A stretch of 38,552 nt of DNA from a virus. Its lineage: Duplodnaviria > Caudoviricetes. This document shows, in pieces, positions 27,055-35,848 of this stretch; position 1 is the first letter of the stretch; the number at the start of each line of letters is the position of its first letter. The notes beneath the pieces were generated by a model. It saw only the letters and a program-made list of their open reading frames with translations. It was not told where the DNA came from and searched no databases. The position numbers and the translations under genes are program-made. The stretch lies in the IMG/VR virus record IMGVR_UViG_3300037195_001092, positions 1-38,552 of that record. One strand, 5' to 3'.

Positions 27055-27455
27055 TGATCCTGAATCGACTTTATAATATTATGGAACAAACTAATGTAGT
27101 TCAGATGCCTGAACAAAAAGAATTTGAACCTTGGGAACGTAATCCTGATTTGAATGATGTAGAAGTACAATTAGCAAATCTGGAAGAACGTCTTAAACGA
27201 CAAATGAGCATAACCAAAAATCAAGCTGATACTATTGAAAGATACAGAAAAGATTTGAATGCCCATATTAATACATGGAATTCTGTCTTTACAATGATGC
27301 AAATATCTAATCCTGAAATAGTCACATCTGATAATTTAGATGATGCTGTATCTGATTGCATTTCTAACAACAGTGATGTTGTCAGTCAAGATAATCTTGA
27401 GGAAAAAGTAAATGATGCAATCAGTGATTTAAATTTCTCTGTAACTGTAGAATAA
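27054..27455 (+). CDS. Coiled-coil hypothetical protein
   Basis: TAATG coupling; C-terminal duplicated V..DNL...V.D.IS motif. Confidence 0.65.
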   Translation: MILNRLYNIMEQTNVVQMPEQKEFEPWERNPDLNDVEVQLANLEERLKRQMSITKNQADTIERYRKDLNAHINTWNSVFTMMQISNPEIVTSDNLDDAVSDCISNNSDVVSQDNLEEKVNDAISDLNFSVTVE

Positions 27456-27457
27456 GG

Positions 27458-28240
27458 ATGAATATGGTAGTTGATGAACAAGTGAAAACCCTTGATGCAC
27501 TCAAGGACCGTTATGTACCACAAGCTAGAGCCTCATACTCCCCTGTCAGTCATTACGACTACATGTATGAGCTTCACAATCATCTTCAGACACAAGGTTG
27601 TGAGATCCTAAATGAGAGATACACACTCATTGCAGATAAACTCCATAAAGATGATAAGGAAAAAACCCCAGGAATGGTGATGTTCGCAAAGATCGGTATT
27701 GCTTACCGAGATCACCAGAACGAACGCTTCACTTATAACTTTGGAGCGATCAATAGCCATAACACCAAACACGCCATCAAGTTATTTGCTGGTGCGGTAC
27801 TTGGACTTTGTTCCAATGGGATGATTTGGGGTGCAGAATACACCACGAATCAACGCCATCAGGGCGGTAACATCATTCAATCGGTACGTAGCATGATTGA
27901 AAGTGGATACAGCCATGTACTACTGCAACACAAGAAAATGGACGATGCGGTAGGAATTATGGAGAAAATAGGGCTATCTAGGGATAGAGCCGCCGAACTG
28001 GTAATGGATGCAATGACCGCAGGAGCAGTTGCTCCGTCAGCCATTGAGCCTGTTTGGAATCATTGGGAACAAAGAACTCCAGAAGGAGAGAAGTTTCCAG
28101 AGCGGAACATGTGGTCTTTGTATAATTCATTCACTGAGAAGTTCAAAGATGAACGAATCAATAATGTCTACAACAAAAATAGGAAGTTGAATAACTTCAT
28201 TACCAACACTCCTGAATTCCAAGAGGAATATTATCAATGA
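27458..28240 (+). CDS. DUF932/DUF945-like protein
   Basis: YSPVSH, NSHN...I....G.....CSNGM and W.LYN.FTE motifs. Confidence 0.8.
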   Translation: MNMVVDEQVKTLDALKDRYVPQARASYSPVSHYDYMYELHNHLQTQGCEILNERYTLIADKLHKDDKEKTPGMVMFAKIGIAYRDHQNERFTYNFGAINSHNTKHAIKLFAGAVLGLCSNGMIWGAEYTTNQRHQGGNIIQSVRSMIESGYSHVLLQHKKMDDAVGIMEKIGLSRDRAAELVMDAMTAGAVAPSAIEPVWNHWEQRTPEGEKFPERNMWSLYNSFTEKFKDERINNVYNKNRKLNNFITNTPEFQEEYYQ

Positions 28241-28536
28241 AACTGTTGACTAAGGAGTTGGAGCGTAAGCTCCCTCCTTTGTACCACACAGAAGCCATTC
28301 CAACTAAGGAAATCAAATTCATAACCAAATACTTCACACCTGATTCTGACTTTACTTGGTATGTTGCTGAATACGATCCAACAACCAAAGATATGTATGG
28401 ATACACAACTAACAGCAGATACCAGGAATGGGGCTATTTCAGCCTTATTGAACTGATGTCAGTCAGAGGACCGTTAGGACTGAAAGTGGAACGTGATCTC
28501 TACTTCACACCATGTACTGTCGACAAAATCTCATAA
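28237..28536 (+). CDS. DUF2958 family protein
   Basis: KYFTP...TWY..EYD...YG...EWGYFSL.EL..VRGPLGL.VERDLYF motif. Confidence 0.88.
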   Translation: MKLLTKELERKLPPLYHTEAIPTKEIKFITKYFTPDSDFTWYVAEYDPTTKDMYGYTTNSRYQEWGYFSLIELMSVRGPLGLKVERDLYFTPCTVDKIS

Positions 28537-28655
28537 CAGCCCCATGCGAAATATGCGGAGAAGACGTAGAAGTTTGTCCAAACGAAGACGATCATCTCTA
28601 CCCTCCGCTTTATGACCTAACCTTTTGCGAAGATTGCAATGCATCGAAAGTATGA
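28512..28655 (+). CDS. Small Zn-finger protein (47 aa, CEICG...CEDC), not in the ORF track
   Basis: Translated by hand: MYCRQNLITAPCEICGEDVEVCPNEDDHLYPPLYDLTFCEDCNASKV. Fills the gap between two genes. Confidence 0.55.
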   Translation: MYCRQNLITAPCEICGEDVEVCPNEDDHLYPPLYDLTFCEDCNASKV

Positions 28656-28950
28656 ATCATTAAAGAAATATGTTGAACACATGAACTTCTGGCATCAGCT
28701 TCTAGATGATCATGAAACTGATAAATACGAATATCCCGTTAAATCTCAAACAACTGCTGATGCGATTTTTAAAGAACTAGAAGCTGATTTATCCCCTGAA
28801 AATCTTCACTGTGATGGTGAGATTTCCAGAGAAGAAGCATCCAAAAAGCTCAAAAAGCTTTTAGCTATTGGAAAAAGCCTCCAATGGGCAGGATTTGGGA
28901 TCAATGTTGACTCCGAATTAGGCTCATACATGGCCTATTCAGATAGGTAA
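28639..28950 (+). CDS. Phage hypothetical protein with LSPENLHCDGE motif
   Basis: Motif recalled from other phage hypothetical proteins; function unknown. Confidence 0.7.
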   Translation: MHRKYESLKKYVEHMNFWHQLLDDHETDKYEYPVKSQTTADAIFKELEADLSPENLHCDGEISREEASKKLKKLLAIGKSLQWAGFGINVDSELGSYMAYSDR

Positions 28951-28970
28951 CCATAAAAAATTGGGAATAA

Positions 28971-29255
28971 ATGCCTTACGAAACCAAAAACAAAGATGTC
29001 AATTTTAAGAAGTATATCGACCTAGTTGAAGATCATTTAGCAGGACGGAAGAAAAACGGAGTCCTTAAATCAGAAGCCGATTACCTAGTGGGAGCGATGG
29101 TCATATTCACTCTTTTAGAAGAATGGCCTCCGTCACACTGGGTCTTCGATATCATGAGTGGTGATTCAATTTTAGACCGAAAAGATGCTTTTCCGAAACA
29201 AACACCATTTAAAGAAGGCTATGATTCTGACAAAAGCACAGCGAAGAGCAGTTAA
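28971..29255 (+). CDS. Hypothetical protein
   Basis: 94-aa ORF with GGGA RBS. Confidence 0.65.
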   Translation: MPYETKNKDVNFKKYIDLVEDHLAGRKKNGVLKSEADYLVGAMVIFTLLEEWPPSHWVFDIMSGDSILDRKDAFPKQTPFKEGYDSDKSTAKSS

Positions 29256-29403
29256 GGATCTCTTTGAGAGGAGTCCTGATGGTGCAAAAACCTATCGGGA
29301 GTTTCGCAAAAGAGCCCATTACGGGATACCAGCAGACCATATCATGCTCCGTTGGTGTCATATGTGGGTTGGTATTGAAAAAGACGGATACACCCATACA
29401 TGA
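29221..29403 (+). CDS. Small phage protein (Y..FR.R...W..MW.GIE.DGY.H motif)
   Basis: Start MILTKAQ with GAAGG RBS; ATGA-coupled to the next gene. Confidence 0.72.
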   Translation: MILTKAQRRAVKDLFERSPDGAKTYREFRKRAHYGIPADHIMLRWCHMWVGIEKDGYTHT

Positions 29404-29627
29404 TTGAGGTAATGCTGATCACAGGCATTTCCACAGTGGTCGGCATTATCTTCTTAATGCTGAAAGCTGGCTTAAAGAAGTGCCTGGAACATGATCTCCT
29501 GATTGATCTAGCCGTGACAGCCCTTCTGATCTGGCTATTCAGTGGTTCTACTACGGGTATCGTCACAGGAGCCTTCACAGGCGGTTTATTGTCCCTTGTT
29601 TTATTTCTGATCAAAAAGATTATATGA
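29400..29627 (+). CDS. Small multi-pass membrane protein
   Basis: 75 aa with three hydrophobic segments. Confidence 0.75.
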   Translation: MIEVMLITGISTVVGIIFLMLKAGLKKCLEHDLLIDLAVTALLIWLFSGSTTGIVTGAFTGGLLSLVLFLIKKII

Positions 29628-29660
29628 ATTCCATAAACGCTATGTAAACGCTATTCCGTC

Positions 29661-29855
29661 ATGCTTGAACTTGCTTTATCAGCAAATATGATCGCTGATT
29701 ATATAAAAAACACAAATCCCAAACCTACCAAAAGGTTTAATTTAGAACATAAAATTACTGAAGCTTTAAGAATTCATGAAATGTCTGAATATGACTCAAT
29801 AGTTTTGCGTGATAAAATCAGAACACAATACAACCGAATTAAGGCAAAGAATTAA
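29661..29855 (+). CDS. Hypothetical protein
   Basis: 64-aa ORF, last of the small early block. Confidence 0.5.
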   Translation: MLELALSANMIADYIKNTNPKPTKRFNLEHKITEALRIHEMSEYDSIVLRDKIRTQYNRIKAKN

Positions 29856-29955
29856 GAGCATCTTTCACAGGCAAAGATTCACCATGCAGATAATGATCGA
29901 GAATCATTATTCTCCCTTTTTGCTAAATAACTGATATTCATCAGTATTAAAAATG

Positions 29956-29984
29956 TTGACTACAGTAGGAATTATGCCTACCAT
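29956..29984 (+). promoter_or_regulatory. Sigma70-type promoter with overlapping palindromic operator
   Basis: TTGACT-N17-TACCAT; a GTAGG-N7-CCTAC inverted repeat at 29965-29981 overlaps the spacer and -10. Confidence 0.75.
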
Positions 29985-30044
29985 AGAATTCATTAAGCTA
30001 TGTTAATTTACTTAACATTAATGAACCTGTCAACAATATTTCAA

Positions 30045-30245
30045 ATGAACCTCAAGCAAGCCTATGAATTTTACCAAGGTGTGCGGCTGAGTGAAGTCGC
30101 AAGAGATCTGGATGTATCTGAGGCGTTTGTCAGTCAGGTACTATCAGGAAAAAGAAACTCTGCTCAAGTGACCACAGAGTTACGGCAGAGAATTGAGAAT
30201 CGAATCAGCGAACTCAAATCCAATTTATGTTCTCAGTCCAGTTAA
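30045..30245 (+). CDS. Cro-like HTH transcriptional regulator
   Basis: LSEVARDLDVSEAFVSQVLSGKRNS HTH; alternative in-frame ATGs at 30000 and 30021. Confidence 0.85.
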   Translation: MNLKQAYEFYQGVRLSEVARDLDVSEAFVSQVLSGKRNSAQVTTELRQRIENRISELKSNLCSQSS

Positions 30246-30505
30246 AACGTGCCGAGTGGCATGTGAAGAAGATCTTACGATTCAGTCTGACCAGAGAAAT
30301 CTTGTGTCGAAAACATGAAGAAATGCCTGACGGCTTCCGCTTCTGGTTCGACCTGTCTCATGGGTCAAACATCATCGTCCACATTAAACCCAAGGATGAA
30401 GTTCATTTTTGGTTTAACGGAAGATTTCTGGCAATCCTGCCAATCAGAGACATCTCAGGTGTTGATTATTATGACCAGCAAAAACTCAAAGCCCTCTTCT
30501 GCTGA
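30227..30505 (+). CDS. Hypothetical protein
   Basis: 92-aa ORF overlapping the end of the HTH gene. Confidence 0.55.
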   Translation: MFSVQLKRAEWHVKKILRFSLTREILCRKHEEMPDGFRFWFDLSHGSNIIVHIKPKDEVHFWFNGRFLAILPIRDISGVDYYDQQKLKALFC

Positions 30506-30509
30506 ACCC

Positions 30510-30659
30510 ATGTCCGAAGCAACGGGACAGCGTTTGGCAAAAGCCTTTGAAGAATTACAGAAGTTGTGGCTTGACGGCCCTCTCCTCCCCGTTGAGGTGA
30601 GGGAGGATCGGGCCGAAACCTTTATTGATGAATTAAATGAAAAAGAACTTCGCTCCTGA
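30510..30659 (+). CDS. Small hypothetical protein (MSEATGQRL...)
   Basis: 3' part of track ORF 30315..30659; ATG 4 nt after the upstream stop. Confidence 0.5.
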   Translation: MSEATGQRLAKAFEELQKLWLDGPLLPVEVREDRAETFIDELNEKELRS

Positions 30660-31512
30660 CGATCAGTTTGCACGTCTTCAGGGCATAGACGGCTCTGAAG
30701 CGAGTGCTGTGATGGGAGATAACCCTTATCTAAGTGCTTATGAACTAGCCCGTATCAAGACGGGCTTGGATGAACCAGAGGTGGTGGACAATGATTTTGT
30801 GCGGTGGGGAATCGATATGGAGTTGTACTATCGCAGAAAACACCGAATCAGGAAACCAGGAAGGACCTACTTTTACAAAGATGCCAACTATCTGTACTGC
30901 CATTTAGATGGACTGAATGCAAAGAAGGGAATCATTTATGAGATCAAAGCACCTACATTTCAAAGTCCCAAATATGTAGTTGATGATTGGAGAGATCTAC
31001 CAAAGCACTACTTATGGCAATGTGTTCATAACGGATTAGTTTGGAACAATGCAACAAATAAAATGAATCCTCTGAAAACAGTTGAACTGATCATTGTTAT
31101 TGCTCCAAAACCGTTGGTTTATGAAATCCCATTTTATAATTTAGTTCATGAAATGGGAGTCCAGTATTTTGATCGTGTCAACGCATTCTGGATGGACTGT
31201 GTATACGATAAATTACCTCCTCCTGAAACGAAACGGGATATGAAACTGGCGTATCCTAGTGTTAATCAAGCCGAGTACCCAGAAGCCAGTTCTGAAGACG
31301 TGACCAACGTCAAAATCCTTCACGATCTGAAAGGGAAGAAGAAGACTTTGGAAGGCTCAATTGAGCTTTACTCGAACCTAATACGAGGTTCTATCAAGAA
31401 CTTCAATGGTCTTAGTTTAGATGGAGACATTATTGCCTCAAACAAAGACACAAAGAGTGGAAATCGCCTACTCAAAACCTACGAAATTAAGGAAACCGCT
31501 GATGAGTTCTGA
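30637..31512 (+). CDS. YqaJ-like (lambda Exo family) recombination exonuclease
   Basis: R..GI.GSEAS.VMG.NPY.S..EL...KTG, WG...E, LDG, YEIKA and P.HY.WQC.H motifs. Confidence 0.9.
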   Translation: MKKNFAPDDQFARLQGIDGSEASAVMGDNPYLSAYELARIKTGLDEPEVVDNDFVRWGIDMELYYRRKHRIRKPGRTYFYKDANYLYCHLDGLNAKKGIIYEIKAPTFQSPKYVVDDWRDLPKHYLWQCVHNGLVWNNATNKMNPLKTVELIIVIAPKPLVYEIPFYNLVHEMGVQYFDRVNAFWMDCVYDKLPPPETKRDMKLAYPSVNQAEYPEASSEDVTNVKILHDLKGKKKTLEGSIELYSNLIRGSIKNFNGLSLDGDIIASNKDTKSGNRLLKTYEIKETADEF

Positions 31513-32299
31513 ACTAGCAGTAACCGAAAATAATGTTGTTGCCCTCCACAGCCCAATGGATATGCCCATTGAGCAGTTTAAAGCAGGCCTGGAGCAACGA
31601 GAAGCCAACCGACAAGCACTTTTACAATGGATTGCAAAAACCCTTGTAGAAGGAGTTGATTTCGGAATTATCCGAAACAAGAAATCCTTGTGGAAACCTG
31701 GAGCCGAAAAAATCACAGGGATGCTTGGAATCAAACGTGAGTATCCAGGTTTTGACAAGTATCAGGATGCCGCAGTCGAAGGGAAATCCATCGATCAGAT
31801 CGTTATTAAATGCGTTCTGAAGAACGGACAAAACGTCCATGTATCCGAAGGACTTGGGGGTCGCACAGTACGCCAGGAAGGCGGTGATCTCAACAAAGCA
31901 CTCAAGATGGCCGCAAAGTCATCATTTATTGATGGCACTCTGAATCTTGTGGGCTTAAGTGAGATTTTTACTTTGGATCTGGAAGATATGTTTCCAGAAG
32001 AGTTGCAGACCCCCTCGAAGCCCCCTGAGAAAAAAGAAGAGAAGAAGCCTGCTCCGAAGAAAGTTCCGATGGAGTTCGATCCGACTCCAGAGGAGAGGCT
32101 GAAAGCCTACATTGGAAGCATCAATGATGAGGAGTTTGCGAATCAGGCTCGCAGGATGACCCAGGAGATCAGTGATCTTAAGGCACTGAAGACGCTCTGG
32201 ATGGAATTCCGTGATGCCCGTGACAAAGGAGATATCACCGAATCTGAATTTAAACAGATCGATACGATTAAGGATCTGATGAAGGAAATCCTGAAATAA
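31502..32299 (+). CDS. Putative ssDNA-annealing/recombination partner of YqaJ
   Basis: GVDFG.I..K.SLWKPGAEKI and N.ALKMA.K...ID..L....SEIFT.DLED motifs; directly after the exonuclease. Confidence 0.65.
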   Translation: MSSELAVTENNVVALHSPMDMPIEQFKAGLEQREANRQALLQWIAKTLVEGVDFGIIRNKKSLWKPGAEKITGMLGIKREYPGFDKYQDAAVEGKSIDQIVIKCVLKNGQNVHVSEGLGGRTVRQEGGDLNKALKMAAKSSFIDGTLNLVGLSEIFTLDLEDMFPEELQTPSKPPEKKEEKKPAPKKVPMEFDPTPEERLKAYIGSINDEEFANQARRMTQEISDLKALKTLWMEFRDARDKGDITESEFKQIDTIKDLMKEILK

Positions 32300-32424
32300 C
32301 ACATCCACATGCAGAAGTCCAAATCTAGGGTCTCCTTTGTTTCCTCATTCCATACCTGGATAACGGTTTTGTGATGTTTTTGTACGTTTTCCATCACACA
32401 GGTTGGCTTATCGCCTGATAAACT

Positions 32425-32631
32425 GTGGCTTCTGCATTTCCTCACCGATACCGATTGACGTTAACGGAGGAACAGGTGTTTGCACTGGATGATTTGTTAG
32501 ACAAATACTTGAACGAAAAAGTCGATGAAGACCCGAAGTGGTTTCATGGGATGGACATGCAAAGCCTTAGTGTTTCCCATGACAAATTGATGGCACTCAT
32601 TCAGAGGAGAATTGACCGAGGTGAAATCTAA
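32425..32631 (+). CDS. Hypothetical protein
   Basis: 68-aa ORF with a GTG start, just before the initiator gene. Confidence 0.5.
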   Translation: MASAFPHRYRLTLTEEQVFALDDLLDKYLNEKVDEDPKWFHGMDMQSLSVSHDKLMALIQRRIDRGEI

Positions 32632-33247
32632 ACTTAAAGCGATTTTGAAGATGGAATTGAGCGATAGACAACGCCGAATTCTGATTGCTGAAGACGTTCT
32701 AGGAATCTACGGAGTTGAGCGTATATCTGCGGTTACGGGGATTTCGATGAACCATGTTTATACTGAATTGAAGGTCATGAAAGAGTCCCAGGTACGTAGT
32801 ACGTACTTGGTACTAACTGAGCATGATATATTAACCAAAGATGTAGATGTTGATAGTAATGAAACAATAACCAACATGAATGCCGATGGAGATAGAATAC
32901 CTCCATCTAAAGATAATACCAATGTAGATGTATATAGTAATGATTATATAGATATATATACCCAATATCCGAAGAAGACCGATAAGAGACGAGGAGAGAA
33001 AGTCTTCAAGAGTCTGATCAAGAACGGATACTCAAAATCATTCCTCCTTCAGTGTGTTCAGAACTATCTCGACAGTGGTGGAAACAACCGAGTCCGAGAT
33101 AGAGATCCCAACTACATCAAATCCTTAGCCGTCTTTCTGGGTCCAGATCAGCATTTTCTGGAATATTCAGAATCGTCTGAGCCCTCACAGCCTCCTCCAA
33201 AGCCTTTCATTGATGAGGACAACTCCATTTCCAATCTTTTGGTATGA
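32612..33247 (+). CDS. Replication initiator (lambda O-like organisation)
   Basis: N-terminal HTH-like part, low-complexity linker over AT-rich repeats, C-terminal YPKK..K....F...YIK....FL domain; upstream of the DnaC-like gene. Confidence 0.72.
   Translation: MTEVKSKLKAILKMELSDRQRRILIAEDVLGIYGVERISAVTGISMNHVYTELKVMKESQVRSTYLVLTEHDILTKDVDVDSNETITNMNADGDRIPPSKDNTNVDVYSNDYIDIYTQYPKKTDKRRGEKVFKSLIKNGYSKSFLLQCVQNYLDSGGNNRVRDRDPNYIKSLAVFLGPDQHFLEYSESSEPSQPPPKPFIDEDNSISNLLV
32788..32960. other. Putative replication origin inside the initiator gene
   Basis: Palindrome GTACGTA-G-TACGTAC; 22-bp direct repeat ATGTAGATGTnnATAGTAATGA at 32841 and 32922; hairpin GATGGAG/CTCCATC; TA-rich tract. Confidence 0.6.
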
Positions 33248-33453
33248 CCGAACATCAGAAGTACATGAATCCCAAAACGGGTTCTGTGGATTCTTTTGAA
33301 GGGTGGTACTACCGCAACGACAAGAATGAACTCGTCAATGCCGTTCTTTTGGAAGAGGTCGTTCCTGTCTACTGGAATCCTCACACCAACTGTTGGGTGG
33401 AAGAGGAAACCCATTTCCGAACTGAAGTAGAGGATCAGGTCCATGGGATATAG
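33244..33453 (+). CDS. Hypothetical protein (YMNP.TGSVD...W motif)
   Basis: ATGA-coupled 69-aa ORF. Confidence 0.65.
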   Translation: MTEHQKYMNPKTGSVDSFEGWYYRNDKNELVNAVLLEEVVPVYWNPHTNCWVEEETHFRTEVEDQVHGI

Positions 33454-34321
33454 CAAACTGAAAGATGCGATTGTATCTTCTAAAATAGATAATGGGGAGC
33501 AGTTTCTCGAATTAGTGAAGAAAAAAGCCTCACCTGAAGCACAGGAACGTATCATAAACGGCATTAGAATGGACCAGGAGCCATCTTTTTTTGAAACGAG
33601 TGAGGGACATAAGGTTGCCGTTTATACAGACCGTGACGGACGTTCTACGGTTTTTGAGCAAGACCTCAAAACTCTGACCGAAGATGTCAATTTAGCAAAG
33701 TTTGATTCCCAACTTCGGGAATGTGGTCTTGAACAGTATTCCAGAGCATCATTTGAATCCATCAATACCTATAAATTCCTGAATAAGAAATTCCCAAGAG
33801 ATCTTGTTCCTATGTTTGAGGAACGCCCGATTGCCTATTTCTATGGAGGAGCAGGAACGGGTAAAACGACCCTTGCGTGTGCCATAGGAAGGGACTTCGC
33901 ACGTAGGGGTCATGCTGTAATCATCAAACGATGGACCAACTGGCTCACCCAATTTCGTGAAGTCTATACCTCCAGAGATAACAAAGATGATGCAGATCTG
34001 ATCATCACCGATCACATGGAAAAAGCTCAGAATGCTTATGTTCTCATCATCGATGAGATTGGTACGGACAAGAAGAACACGGCTACTGAGTTTGAAATAG
34101 AACAGTTCAGCAGAATCCTTTCGGATCGTCACGGGAATGGAAAGCCGATGATACTCACCTCAAACATCACACCTGAAAAACTAGAAAGGATCTATGGCCA
34201 ACAAATCACCAGCAGGATCACGGACCAGGAAAAAAGTATCGTCCAACGGTTTGACGGAGAAACTAACTATAGAAAAGTCCGAAGAGCCGCTCTCGTCCAA
34301 CCTGAATTGGAAACTTTTTAA
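33443..34321 (+). CDS. DnaC/IstB-like AAA+ helicase loader
   Basis: YGGAGTGKTTLA Walker A, LIIDEIG Walker B, P.ILTSN and SRI motifs. Confidence 0.92.
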   Translation: MGYSKLKDAIVSSKIDNGEQFLELVKKKASPEAQERIINGIRMDQEPSFFETSEGHKVAVYTDRDGRSTVFEQDLKTLTEDVNLAKFDSQLRECGLEQYSRASFESINTYKFLNKKFPRDLVPMFEERPIAYFYGGAGTGKTTLACAIGRDFARRGHAVIIKRWTNWLTQFREVYTSRDNKDDADLIITDHMEKAQNAYVLIIDEIGTDKKNTATEFEIEQFSRILSDRHGNGKPMILTSNITPEKLERIYGQQITSRITDQEKSIVQRFDGETNYRKVRRAALVQPELETF

Positions 34322-34329
34322 GGAGGATT

Positions 34330-34866
34330 ATGGAATCGTCAGCGATGCCTGCGTCAGAATCTACCGGCTCAAAGTTGAAAACGGGCATTTATACCTTTCA
34401 GGGATCTTTACTCGGAGTACCGAAGGAGATACGAACTACCGTGCATTGGGGAACTTTTCCGTATCCTACGTCCCGTCTCCGTAGGGAACACACGAATTTG
34501 GCATGTCTCACCATTTGGGACAAGCCTCTGCCAAAGCCCAGAGAAACCCAACGGGATCGATGGGCGAAAAGACCTTGCGTACTAAGGTTCCGCTTTTTCA
34601 GGGATATCGTGCGCTCGGCAATGGAGCATTTTGAATTTGTTCCATCAGAAGAACTTGGGTTGGTCTTCTACATGAAGATGCCCAAACTGTCTAAGATCAA
34701 ACAGGCTGAGAGGATTCATAAACCTCATCAGGTACGTCCTGATCTGGACAATCTGGAGAAAGCCACTCTCGATGCATTATATGCTGAAGATGCAGTGGTT
34801 TATCTGAAAACGGCTCTGAAGCTCTGGAGCCTTGAACCTCGAATCGAAATCTGGAATCTCAAATGA
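34330..34866 (+). CDS. rusA: RusA-like Holliday junction resolvase
   Basis: PLPKPR.TQRDRW..RP.V, H..RPDLDNLEKA.LDAL..ED..V and PRIEI motifs. The true start may be TTG at 34498. Confidence 0.88.
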   Translation: MESSAMPASESTGSKLKTGIYTFQGSLLGVPKEIRTTVHWGTFPYPTSRLRREHTNLACLTIWDKPLPKPRETQRDRWAKRPCVLRFRFFRDIVRSAMEHFEFVPSEELGLVFYMKMPKLSKIKQAERIHKPHQVRPDLDNLEKATLDALYAEDAVVYLKTALKLWSLEPRIEIWNLK

Positions 34867-35207
34867 ATTTAGCATGTGTCTCAGGAAACTTTGGGTTCGA
34901 TCCCGAATTCAAAGTAAGCAACAACGGAACTCCTATTTTCTCAGGGAGTCTATGTGTCCAAAACCGCAGTCGTAAGAAGACTAATTACATCGACATCGTT
35001 GCCTTCAACAAAACCGCAGAGTTGATGCGTGACTTCTGTAAGAAAGGTTCATTCCTTCTGGTTGAAGACGGTGAACTCGACATGGATGAATGGGTCAACA
35101 AAGAAGGGAAGAAGCAACGGAAGATCAAAATCATTGTCAATCGGATGAATCTGGGTCCTAAAGCCAAACCTGAAGAAGAAGGTGGTCAGGATGCAGATGG
35201 ATTCTGA
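34863..35207 (+). CDS. ssb: Single-stranded DNA-binding protein
   Basis: G..G.DPE, IDIVAF.KTAE....C.KGS...V.G.L....W..KEG motifs; acidic tail ending DGF. Confidence 0.92.
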   Translation: MNLACVSGNFGFDPEFKVSNNGTPIFSGSLCVQNRSRKKTNYIDIVAFNKTAELMRDFCKKGSFLLVEDGELDMDEWVNKEGKKQRKIKIIVNRMNLGPKAKPEEEGGQDADGF

Positions 35208-35373
35208 AGAAGAAAAAAGCCGAGTAAGATTTCACGCTGAAACCATCAAACAACATTGTCATGAAATGTCTTCTAAAGCTGTTCAAATAAGAACATTGAT
35301 AGAAGAAATTATTGACCATAAAAATTATGTGAAAGATTTAGCTTATGAAATTAAAACTGGTGAAAAGTTATGA
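35197..35373 (+). CDS. Hypothetical coiled-coil protein
   Basis: Short ORF bridging ssb and the next gene (ATGA). Confidence 0.5.
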   Translation: MDSEEEKSRVRFHAETIKQHCHEMSSKAVQIRTLIEEIIDHKNYVKDLAYEIKTGEKL

Positions 35374-35681
35374 ATGAAGTAGCTGAAGGTATAGAGCTTA
35401 GAGAAGAAGCATTAGATCTTCTCGAAGAAAAACGCCATGAATGGATCGCAGAAGCACGTAGATATGCGTTTAATCTGCTCTACAGGCGTGGCATCAGCGA
35501 TCCCAATCCTAAAGTAACCTCTGATGACATATGGGCATTGTGTCCTCCTCCAAGTGAGATCAATCCTAAAGTCATGGGAGCAGTCTTTCGGAAGAATGCT
35601 GGATTCAAACCTCTTGGGTACGTTCCGTCAAGACGGAAACAAGCCCACGCAAGGCCCATCCGTGAGTGGACGTTTGCTTGA
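35370..35681 (+). CDS. Phage protein, possible winged-helix DNA binder
   Basis: TSDDIW...P.....MGAVF.......SRR..AH.RP...W motif. Confidence 0.7.
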   Translation: MNEVAEGIELREEALDLLEEKRHEWIAEARRYAFNLLYRRGISDPNPKVTSDDIWALCPPPSEINPKVMGAVFRKNAGFKPLGYVPSRRKQAHARPIREWTFA

Positions 35682-35688
35682 CCTTCTC

Positions 35689-35841
35689 ATGAGGGTCATC
35701 AAACGAGATGGTGACGAATGGAAATGCTCCGAGTGTGGATGTACGATCCAGCGAGGGGAAGAGACTCAATGCGACTGCACCGATCCAGACGGGTCGGAGC
35801 GGTTGCAGGAGTTATATAATATTGAAAATAATTTGAACTAA
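35689..35841 (+). CDS. Small Zn-ribbon protein
   Basis: WKCSECG...QCDC; 3' part of track ORF 35524..35841. Confidence 0.55.
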   Translation: MRVIKRDGDEWKCSECGCTIQRGEETQCDCTDPDGSERLQELYNIENNLN

Positions 35842-35848
35842 GGAAGAA

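Noticed and set aside
28251-28279. AAGGAG-TT-GGAGC-GTAA-GCTCC-CTCCTT hairpin early in the DUF2958 gene
   Set aside because: Lies in conserved coding sequence (KELERKLPP); cannot be separated from codon coincidence without homologues.
29634-29654. Tandem TAAACGCTAT x2 before ORF 29661
   Set aside because: Only two copies and no other occurrence noticed; may be a simple slippage duplication.
32370-32399. TGTGATG/CATCACA inverted repeat in the gap after the annealing-protein gene
   Set aside because: Short stem with a long loop and no U-tract; not enough support for a call.
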